Shown in pieces: positions 1 to 8,591 of a stretch of DNA of 64,000 bases. Numbering within the stretch: the first letter of the stretch is position 1; each line of letters begins with the position of its first letter. Source of the stretch: Eubacteriales bacterium (GTDB lineage: Bacteria > Bacillota > Clostridia > Oscillospirales > CAG-272); contig JAZNFP010000045.1 of NCBI GenBank assembly GCA_045576095.1, positions 10,391 to 74,390 of the forward strand. The letters run 5' to 3'. Made by a program: the position numbers and the translations under genes. Below the pieces are notes generated by a model, which did no database searches, had not been told where the DNA came from, and saw only the letters and a list, made by a program, of their open reading frames with translations.

Positions 1-98
1 GGGTTGATCTTTCCTCTCCCGAGACGGTCAAGCGCGCCATTTCGGTATTCGGTCAAACGATCACCGAGCTGACCGAGCTGCTCGATTCCCTTGCCTGA
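1..98 (+). CDS. 3' end of an unidentified CDS entering from the left edge (frame 3, ends ...ITELTELLDSLA, TGA at 96-98)
   Basis: Open frame from the window edge to TGA 96-98, followed by a hairpin plus T-run. Too short to identify. Confidence 0.35.
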   Translation, partial: VDLSSPETVKRAISVFGQTITELTELLDSLA

Positions 99-147
99 CA
101 GAGGACTCCCGAGAAGCGCTCCGCACGCCGTTTACGGCAGGTAAAAA

Positions 148-198
148 ACAGCCGCCGAGGAATCTCAAGAAGCCTCAGCGGCGTTGTTTTACCCTTTT
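148..198 (+). terminator. Intrinsic terminator-like hairpin
   Basis: GCCGCCGAGG (151-160) pairs imperfectly with CCTCAGCGGCG (172-183), followed by a T-rich tract. Confidence 0.5.
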
Positions 199-394
199 TC
201 GGACGACGATTCAACCGTAACAATACCGACGGTTCGGTTTCCCTTTCGTAAAAGTGCGTTCAAGCGCATAACGGATGCTCTCTTGAAACCGCGCACAGGG
301 CGGTCGATCGGTCGCAGGCTCACGGAGCATCATAGGTAAAGGCCAAAGACACCGCGTTACGGAGCGCTTGACGTGATTTGACAAAGGATTGGGT

Positions 395-1000
395 ATGGAA
401 TTCAACAAAAAGCTTCAGGAATTAAGAAAACAAAAGGGACTGACGCAGCAGGAGCTTGCCGAAGCGCTTTACGTATCCCGAACCGCTATCTCAAAATGGG
501 AGTCGGGCAGAGGCTATCCGAGTATTGATTTGCTCAAGAAAATCGCGCGTTACTTTTCGGTGTCGCTTGATGCGCTCCTTTCCTCGGACGAGATATTAAC
601 GATAGCGGAAGAAGGCAAAAAGCAAACCGAAAAGCATTTTTGCGATCTCGCATTCGGGCTGCTCGATCTTTGCATGTCCTTGCTTCTTTTTCTGCCGCTG
701 TTTGCCACGAATGCCGACGGCGTGATTCACGAAGCGTCTCTGCTGTCCCTTGGCGGTATTTCACCGTATTTGAGAACGACGTATTCGATCGTTGTGACGG
801 GCGCCTGTACGGTCGGTGTTCTGACGCTCGCCCTGCAAAGCTTCTCCGTTGCCGTATGGGCGAAAGCAAAGGTCTCCCTCTCTTTGGTGCTTGGCGCAGC
901 TGCCGTGCTGCTGTTTATCGCAAGCAGTCAGCCCTATGCTGCCGCGCTTGCGTTTTCTCTGCTCGCAATCAAGGCAATTATCCTGATAAAGCGCGTGTGA
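395..1000 (+). CDS. XRE-family HTH transcriptional regulator fused to a C-terminal multi-pass membrane domain
   Basis: N-terminus LRKQKGLTQQELAEALYVSRTAISKWESGRGYPSIDLLKKIARYF is a classic HTH_3/XRE motif. The C-terminal ~120 aa form about four hydrophobic helices. ATG 395 follows AAGGA. The ORF-track start at 389 is TTG. Confidence 0.85.
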   Translation: MEFNKKLQELRKQKGLTQQELAEALYVSRTAISKWESGRGYPSIDLLKKIARYFSVSLDALLSSDEILTIAEEGKKQTEKHFCDLAFGLLDLCMSLLLFLPLFATNADGVIHEASLLSLGGISPYLRTTYSIVVTGACTVGVLTLALQSFSVAVWAKAKVSLSLVLGAAAVLLFIASSQPYAAALAFSLLAIKAIILIKRV

Positions 1001-1106
1001 CACGAATCGTACCGTCCCCGCGACTTCTCTTCTCTTGCCTTTCCTTGTGCCTTCGTGTAAACTGTATTGGGGCGTTGCCCGAATACGGATAAGGAAGGTA
1101 TGGAAA

Positions 1107-1757
1107 ATGGAAAAGAAAACGGGAGGTATTGCAATCGCTTTGCTTTTTGCGTTTGCGCTATGGACGGTACTGGTCCGTTTGGTGGACGTGCAAGCAATCG
1201 GTCCCGAAAGCTCGTCGGTTGGCTTTGCGACACTTAACCGATTCGTACACGAGCTTACGGGGGTCAATTGGTTCCTTTATACCGTAACCGATTGGTTGGG
1301 ACTCGTCCCGATTGCCTCGGCATTTGGATTTGCGATTCTCGGGCTCGTGCAGCTCATACGGCGAAAGGCTCTATGGAGGGTGGATCGCAATCTTCTTTTG
1401 CTCGGCATCTTTTATGCCGTTGTCATCGGGGTGTACCTATTGTTTGAGCGAATGGCCGTCAATTACCGACCGACGCTCATTGAGGGGTTGCTTGAGGCAT
1501 CGTATCCGTCGTCAACGACGATGCTCGTAACGTTCGTTATGCCAACGGCGGCAATCGAGCTGAACGTCCGTCTCGGGAATACCGTTCTCAGACGGGGCGC
1601 CATCGTCTCCATCACTGCCTTTACCGCGTTTATGGTGATTGGCAGAGTTCTTTCGGGAGTCCATTGGATCACCGATATAATCGGCGGTGCATTACTCGGC
1701 GCAGGGCTTGTGATGACGTACGTCGCTTTCGGAAACCGCCGTCCGAAAAGCCGTTGA
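1107..1757 (+). CDS. PAP2-superfamily membrane phosphatase
   Basis: Multi-pass membrane protein with the C-terminal motif SGVHWITDIIGG typical of the PAP2 acid phosphatase C3 motif. ATG 1107 is preceded by AAGGAAGG at 1091-1098. Confidence 0.8.
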   Translation: MEKKTGGIAIALLFAFALWTVLVRLVDVQAIGPESSSVGFATLNRFVHELTGVNWFLYTVTDWLGLVPIASAFGFAILGLVQLIRRKALWRVDRNLLLLGIFYAVVIGVYLLFERMAVNYRPTLIEGLLEASYPSSTTMLVTFVMPTAAIELNVRLGNTVLRRGAIVSITAFTAFMVIGRVLSGVHWITDIIGGALLGAGLVMTYVAFGNRRPKSR

Positions 1758-1801
1758 TGGGAAGCGCTGATCGGTCGGCGCGATTGACAGCTTTGATGGG
1801 G

Positions 1802-1852
1802 ACCCGTATCTGCTTTCACATACGGAAAGCAAGGATACGGGTCTTTTTCTTT
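1802..1852 (+). terminator. Intrinsic terminator after the PAP2 gene
   Basis: CCCGTATCTGCTTTC (1803-1817) pairs with GAAAGCAaGGATACGGG (1825-1841), followed by TCTTTTTCTTTT. Confidence 0.6.
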
Positions 1853-2087
1853 TCCGAATCTTCAAAGCCCCCTCCCAACGCAAGTCCTCGAGGGGCGGTC
1901 GCGCAAACGCCCGAAAGCAACCGTTTTACCGCTCGTTTCCATACTGCCCGAAGCTCTCGGTTAAGAACACCGAGGATTGCCGCGGGCTTTTTTTATTTTC
2001 CCTGCCACGCTTTGACAAACTTTACGCCCACGCTCTGCTATAATGCAACCGAATACCGATACATATAAAAGAAAGGAAGAAAAAGAA

Positions 2088-2444
2088 ATGCTGACACGCG
2101 ACTACGTTTCCTTTGGTCTTGCCGAGGAGGATGGGGTTCTGACCGCCCGTCTGCGCGGCGAGATCGATCACCACACGGCACGCGTTTTCAGAGAGGAAAT
2201 CGACCGAGCGCTTTTCCGCGAAACGCCCCGCTCTCTTACGCTCGACTTCTCGGAGATCACCTTTATGGACAGCTCGGGAATTGGGCTCATCGTTGGACGT
2301 CTTGAGAGAGCGAGGGAGATCGGCGCGACTCTGACGCTGTCGGGGCTCTCGCAACGGCTCTGCCGTCTGCTTGAGCTTTCGGGGGTGGACCGACTTTGCG
2401 GCATCGTCATTTCAAAATCGACAGAAAGAGAGGGCATCCAATGA
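2088..2444 (+). CDS. spoIIAA: Anti-sigma-F factor antagonist SpoIIAA (STAS domain)
   Basis: STAS-type sequence with the FMDSSGIGLIVGR phospho-serine motif. It heads the spoIIAA-AB-sigF triad. ATG 2088 follows AAGGAAGA. Confidence 0.9.
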   Translation: MLTRDYVSFGLAEEDGVLTARLRGEIDHHTARVFREEIDRALFRETPRSLTLDFSEITFMDSSGIGLIVGRLERAREIGATLTLSGLSQRLCRLLELSGVDRLCGIVISKSTEREGIQ

Positions 2445-2881
2445 GACGCAAATCAGAGCCGAAAAACCGTATGAGCTGTGAGCTGCTTGCCATCAGCGTT
2501 AACGAAAGCGTTTGCCGCGCAATCATCGGTGTGTTTCTTGCACCCGAGAATCCCACAGCAACCGAGCTTGCAGACGTCAAATGCGCCGTTTCGGAGGCGG
2601 TGACCAATGCCATCGTACACGGCTACGGCGGAAGCGGAGAGGGCACCGTTTACCTGTCCGCAGAGCTCTACCCCGACCGTACCCTTCGCATTACGGTGCG
2701 AGATAAGGGGAAGGGGATCGAGGACGTGGCACTCGCAAGACGGCCGCTTTATACGACCGATACCTCGGGCGAGAGAAGCGGTATGGGCTTTTCGGTTATG
2801 GAAAGCTTTACCGACCGTCTGCGCGTTCTTTCAAGACCGGGCGCAGGCACCCGCATCACCATGTACAAGCGGCTCTCCTGA
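2441..2881 (+). CDS. spoIIAB: Anti-sigma-F factor SpoIIAB (HATPase_c serine kinase)
   Basis: N-box EAVTNAIVHGY and G-boxes DKGKGI and GERSGMGF. Its ATG overlaps the spoIIAA stop (ATGA at 2441-2444). Confidence 0.9.
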   Translation: MRRKSEPKNRMSCELLAISVNESVCRAIIGVFLAPENPTATELADVKCAVSEAVTNAIVHGYGGSGEGTVYLSAELYPDRTLRITVRDKGKGIEDVALARRPLYTTDTSGERSGMGFSVMESFTDRLRVLSRPGAGTRITMYKRLS

Positions 2882-2882
2882 T

Positions 2883-3614
2883 ATGGCGGGAGCTGCACTC
2901 TATGCGGATAATCCCCGTTTGCTTGTCGAATCGCTTGCCGGAGACGAGTCGTCAACGGCAGAGCTCGTGCGGCGCAACACGGGGCTCGTGCGCTCGATCG
3001 CTCTGCGCTTCGTCTCTCGCGGATACGATGCCGACGATCTGATCCAGATCGGGCTTCTCGGACTGCTCAAGGCAATCCGCACCTTTGACGTGTCTCGCGG
3101 CTGTGCCTTTTCCACCTACGCGGTTCCCCTCGTGCTCGGGGAGATTCGCCGATTTCTGCGCGACGACGGAATGATCAAGGTCTCACGCGAGCAAAAGCGA
3201 CTATCCGCCGAGCTGTGCCGCATCCGAGACGAGGCGTTCGCCTCCGGCGAGGGAGAGCTTCGGCTCGAGGAGCTGGCACGCCGCGCCGGAATTTCCCGAG
3301 AGGACGCCGCGGCGGCGCTTGAGGCGTCCTCACCGATCCGCTCGCTCTCGGAGGCGGCGTACGGTGGCGACGAGGATGCGCCGCCCCTTGAGGCAACGCT
3401 CGCCGACGGCAACGAGAGCGAAAGAACCCTCGATCGGCTCGCGCTTTCGGTCGCCATCGACAAGCTGACGCCCATGAGAAAAAAGATCCTTTTGCTACGC
3501 TACTACCGCGACTACAGCCAGGCCGAAACCGCCAAGGCTCTTGGGCTCACACAGGTGAAAATTTCACGTGAGGAGAAGAAGATCATGGAATTTTTGAGGC
3601 AGGAGCTGAGCTAA
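2883..3614 (+). CDS. sigF: Sporulation sigma factor SigF
   Basis: Sigma-70 region 2 (DDLIQIGLLGLLKAIRTFD, FSTYAVPLVLGEIRRFLRDD) and region 4 (SQAETAKALGLTQVKISREEKK). ATG 2883 lies 1 nt after the spoIIAB stop. Confidence 0.9.
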   Translation: MAGAALYADNPRLLVESLAGDESSTAELVRRNTGLVRSIALRFVSRGYDADDLIQIGLLGLLKAIRTFDVSRGCAFSTYAVPLVLGEIRRFLRDDGMIKVSREQKRLSAELCRIRDEAFASGEGELRLEELARRAGISREDAAAALEASSPIRSLSEAAYGGDEDAPPLEATLADGNESERTLDRLALSVAIDKLTPMRKKILLLRYYRDYSQAETAKALGLTQVKISREEKKIMEFLRQELS

Positions 3615-3678
3615 ACAACGAGCTTTTACCGAGCTCCGCTTGGATTTGTGAATATACTGTGAATTATTGAAAAATCAC

Positions 3679-3707
3679 TTGATTTTTAGGGTACGTTGAT
3701 TTACAAT
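3679..3707 (+). promoter_or_regulatory. SigA-type promoter of groESL
   Basis: TTGATT (3679-3684), 17-bp spacer, TACAAT (3702-3707), immediately upstream of CIRCE. Confidence 0.6.
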
Positions 3708-3718
3708 ATAGTCAGCAG

Positions 3719-3745
3719 TTGGCACTCCGCTTGTTTGAGTGCTAA
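3719..3745 (+). promoter_or_regulatory. CIRCE operator (HrcA binding site)
   Basis: TTGGCACTC-N9-GAGTGCTAA, one mismatch from the consensus TTAGCACTC-N9-GAGTGCTAA, located between the promoter and groES. Confidence 0.85.
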
Positions 3746-3792
3746 AATTGATTCAAGCAGAACTGCTCACGTCAAATTAGGAGGAATCGAAC

Positions 3793-4077
3793 ATGAAGAT
3801 GGTACCTTTGGCAGATCGCGTCGTCGTGAAGGCGATCGAGGCAGAGGAAACGACCAAGTCGGGGCTTATTCTTCCCGGCTCGGCACAGGAGAAGCCCCAG
3901 GTCATGGAGGTCGTTGCAATCGGTCCCGGCGGCATTGTTGACGGCAAAGAGGTCAAGATGACCGTTTCTGTCGGACAGAGAGTCATTACGAGCAAGTATT
4001 CGGGCACCGAGGTCAAGTGCGACGGCGTCGAGTATACGATCGTTCGCATTGGTGACATTCTCGCAATCGTTGAATAA
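3793..4077 (+). CDS. groES: Co-chaperonin GroES
   Basis: 94 aa, MKMVPLADRVVVKAIEAEETTKSGLILPGSAQEKPQ. GGAGG RBS upstream. Confidence 0.97.
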   Translation: MKMVPLADRVVVKAIEAEETTKSGLILPGSAQEKPQVMEVVAIGPGGIVDGKEVKMTVSVGQRVITSKYSGTEVKCDGVEYTIVRIGDILAIVE

Positions 4078-4084
4078 TAAGTGA

Positions 4085-5737
<1,653 letters not shown>

Positions 5738-5751
5738 GTCTGAACCCAATC

Positions 5752-5794
5752 TCTGCCCCGAATGCGAAGCTTCGCATTCGGGGCAGAATTTTGA
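5752..5794 (+). terminator. Intrinsic terminator of groESL
   Basis: Perfect 17-bp stem: CTGCCCCGAATGCGAAG (5753-5769) with CTTCGCATTCGGGGCAG (5770-5786), followed by AATTTTGAT. Confidence 0.85.
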
Positions 5795-5891
5795 TCGGCA
5801 TTCTTCGGTTGGGAAAATCTCCTGACTTCCACTTGCTTTTTAGGATAAGTATGCTATGATAGACGGGACAAAAGCAAAGGAATGAAAAAAC

Positions 5892-6821
5892 ATGCAACAG
5901 TCAAAAGCATCTCTGCTCACTCGCGCGCCGATCGTTGCGGCGATTGCAATCTTCTGCTGTGCGCTTTGGGGAAGCGCCACGCCCTTCATCAAGATTGGCT
6001 ATGAGCTGATTCTTGAAACGAAGGATACGGCATCGACCGTTCTCTTTGCGGGCATCCGATTTACTCTGGCGGGACTTCTGACGGTTTTGATCTACAGCGT
6101 CGCCTACCGCCGTTTTCTTCTTCCAAAAGCGGAAAACCTCGGTCGCGTTGCCGCCGTCTCGGTATTTCAAACGGTTTTGCAGTACCTATTCTTCTACGTT
6201 GGTCTTGCCAATACGACCGGCGTCAAGGGAACGATCGGAAGCGGCTCCAGCGCTTTTTTTTCGCTTCTGATCGCCGGGCTGATCTTCCGCGCGGAAAAGC
6301 TGACGGCGAAAAAGCTCGTCGCCTGTGCCCTTGGGTTTGCGGGGATCGTTTGCGTGAACCTAAACGGCCTCACGCTGACGATGAATTTTCTCGGGGACGG
6401 ATTCATTCTCTTTTCGGCAATCGCATACGGATTCTCAACGGTGCTGATCAAGCGGTTCTCAAAATACGAGAGTCCGGTCGTTTTGAGCGGCTATCAGTTC
6501 ATTTTGGGCGGAGCCTTCATGATCGCCGTCGGATTTGCCTTTGGAGGGCGCGTTCAGGTCACAAGTCTTGCCGCCGTCGGCGTTCTCCTTTATTTGGCGC
6601 TTCTTTCTGCCGCCGCATACTCGCTGTGGGGGCTGCTTTTGCAGCACAATCCCGTCTCAAGAGTCACGATCTATCATTTCATGACGCCTGTTTTCGGCGT
6701 CATCCTATCAAGCCTGATGCTGAGCGAAAGTTCCCGTGTCTCACCCATCAGCCTCGCCGTCTCTCTCGTCCTTGTTTGTGCGGGAATCCTTTTGCTTAAC
6801 TATCGCAAAGAAATCAAATAA
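5892..6821 (+). CDS. DMT-superfamily (EamA-like) transporter
   Basis: About ten hydrophobic helices arranged as two EamA-like halves. Confidence 0.85.
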   Translation: MQQSKASLLTRAPIVAAIAIFCCALWGSATPFIKIGYELILETKDTASTVLFAGIRFTLAGLLTVLIYSVAYRRFLLPKAENLGRVAAVSVFQTVLQYLFFYVGLANTTGVKGTIGSGSSAFFSLLIAGLIFRAEKLTAKKLVACALGFAGIVCVNLNGLTLTMNFLGDGFILFSAIAYGFSTVLIKRFSKYESPVVLSGYQFILGGAFMIAVGFAFGGRVQVTSLAAVGVLLYLALLSAAAYSLWGLLLQHNPVSRVTIYHFMTPVFGVILSSLMLSESSRVSPISLAVSLVLVCAGILLLNYRKEIK

Positions 6822-6837
6822 ACGAAGGACAAAACAG

Positions 6838-6870
6838 AAAAAGAGCCGCCATTCGGCGGCTCTTTTTCTT
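6838..6870. terminator. Bidirectional terminator between convergent genes
   Basis: AAGAGCCGCC (6841-6850), loop ATTC, GGCGGCTCTT (6855-6864), flanked by an A-run and a T-run. Confidence 0.75.
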
Positions 6871-6872
6871 GC

Positions 6873-7124
6873 TCAGTCAGCAAGAACCGTGATGCGGTTC
6901 GAGGTGATCTCGGTAACCAGGTCAACGAGCCAAACGAGGAAGTTTCCAACGCCCGTAACAAGGCCGAGAATTCCGACGACGAGCGTTACGACGTTCTTGG
7001 TCTCAAAGTAACGCACGATCCGGTAGATGCCTCCGATGAATGATCCGAAGAAAATCTGGAGAATGATCTTCACGATCTGCGGAAGTGCCTCGTAGCTTGC
7101 GGTCAAGGCCTTTGATGATGCCAT
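6873..7124 (-). CDS. Small two-helix membrane protein, function unknown
   Basis: 83-aa ORF from MASSKALTASYE with two hydrophobic helices. Start chosen at the internal ATG. Confidence 0.55.
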   Translation of the reverse strand: MASSKALTASYEALPQIVKIILQIFFGSFIGGIYRIVRYFETKNVVTLVVGILGLVTGVGNFLVWLVDLVTEITSNRITVLAD

Positions 7125-7212
7125 TGTTGTTCTCCTTTCCAATATATATGTCATTATACGCAAACAGAAATGAGGATAGCACCGAAATCACGGTTCGGAG
7201 CGAGCGCTCCGA

Positions 7213-7770
7213 TCACGACTCTGCGTTCTCCTCGTCGGCAGGCGCCCGATCTCTCGGATTGCTGCGAAGATATGCAAGTGCCTCACGAAGGATCTCAAGG
7301 AAGTCGTCGTCACACTCAAGCTTCAGGGATACGCAGGAGCCATCCTTCAGGAGAAAATAAAGCGTTTGCCAGCGTTCGGGGCGAATCGAAACGAAGAAGG
7401 AATAGCGGCTCTCCACGCGCAGCTGACGGGGATTTTCTTCGCCGTTTTTTCCGTACTCGTAAAGCTCCTTAAGAGAGGAAAGCTCCCCATGATAGACCGT
7501 TGTCGTTCGACGCCCCTGGTTCTTAGTAACGATCAGGGAGGGGGTGTTCTGCATCAGAGTGACGGTATAGGTATACGAGGTCACAAAATACTTGATGATA
7601 ATCCAAACGATCACCGCCGAAAAGACGAGGAAGAGCGCTTGGTTCACAAGCAATATCCCGAGTCCGAGGATGAGCAGAAGCGAAACGACAAGCAAGCAGA
7701 AGGAAAGAATACAGAGGGCAATCAACGCGCGATGATTCTGTGCCTTGGGGGTACAAGAATAGGTTTGCAT
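7213..7770 (-). CDS. Hypothetical membrane protein (two N-terminal TM helices plus a soluble C-domain)
   Basis: ATG 7770 is preceded by GAGG. The ORF-track start at 7800 is TTG and overlaps the upstream gene. Confidence 0.6.
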   Translation of the reverse strand: MQTYSCTPKAQNHRALIALCILSFCLLVVSLLLILGLGILLVNQALFLVFSAVIVWIIIKYFVTSYTYTVTLMQNTPSLIVTKNQGRRTTTVYHGELSSLKELYEYGKNGEENPRQLRVESRYSFFVSIRPERWQTLYFLLKDGSCVSLKLECDDDFLEILREALAYLRSNPRDRAPADEENAES

Positions 7771-7792
7771 AAAAGCCTCACATATCGGTCGG

Positions 7793-8464
7793 TCAGGCAA
7801 GCTCGGACTTCAGCACGTAAACGGGAATCAAAGCATACGGCTCCGCACCCGAGGACGGCTCACCGTCACCGACGTAATAGACTTCAAGTCGAATCCACGC
7901 AAGATCAAGCTCGTCCGACAGATCGACTCCGTCAAAGCAAAGCTTGGTCGCATGATACCAGAGATACGAATCGTCATCGGTATAGCTTGGTGCATACCGA
8001 TTTCCGTAATTGTCCACAAGAGAAAATGCGAAAAGCGAGCTTGACACCCCGTTATAGGAGATCTTTTCAGATTTTCCGAGACGCTCTGCCAGAATTTCAA
8101 AGGTGCGCGAGGTCATGCGAACCGAAAGCTGCACCGCGCCCGCATTCTTTTCGATAAACAGGTTGGCAGCAACGAAGCTGGCATCCTTATTATCATCGTA
8201 CGGCACGCCGATCGAAACCTTCTCGGGATCAAGCGCGGCCGTCTCGGCATAGGCACGAAGCTCGTCGGTCAGATAAAAGCGCTTCATCTCCCGAGGATAA
8301 TAGCCCGAGAGCAGCATCCTCACGACGATGAGTCCGCAAATCGAGAACAAAAAGAGACAGACAAACAGCTTAATCAGTTTTCCGAGGATAAAATGACGCC
8401 TATCGCCGCCGTCTCGGTCCTCTTCGATATCGTTGTAGTCGCTGTACCGCTCGAGATCTGACAT
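7793..8464 (-). CDS. Hypothetical single-pass membrane-anchored protein
   Basis: Acidic N-terminus, one TM helix (LIKLFVCLFLFSICGLIVVRMLL), then a ~150-aa extracytoplasmic domain. RBS GGGGA and its own promoter upstream. Confidence 0.65.
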   Translation of the reverse strand: MSDLERYSDYNDIEEDRDGGDRRHFILGKLIKLFVCLFLFSICGLIVVRMLLSGYYPREMKRFYLTDELRAYAETAALDPEKVSIGVPYDDNKDASFVAANLFIEKNAGAVQLSVRMTSRTFEILAERLGKSEKISYNGVSSSLFAFSLVDNYGNRYAPSYTDDDSYLWYHATKLCFDGVDLSDELDLAWIRLEVYYVGDGEPSSGAEPYALIPVYVLKSELA

Positions 8465-8494
8465 CGTTTTCCCCTTTCAGGACAATTCGATAGT

Positions 8495-8523
8495 ATTATA
8501 CACGATCAGGCGCGATTTGTCAA
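8495..8523 (-). promoter_or_regulatory. SigA-type promoter for 7793-8464
   Basis: On the minus strand: TTGACA (8523-8518), 17-bp spacer, TATAAT (8500-8495). Confidence 0.6.
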
Positions 8524-8591
8524 GACTTGTTGAGAAGAAGTGATGTCATTGGCGGCAAGCTGTGCACCGCCCCCCCGCAAATTTCATTCGA

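Noticed and set aside
2012-2044. TTGACA ... TATAAT upstream of spoIIAA as a SigA promoter
   Set aside because: The spacer is 21 bp, too long for SigA. spoIIA operons are normally SigH/Spo0A dependent, and I could not identify a convincing SigH motif, so no promoter is called.
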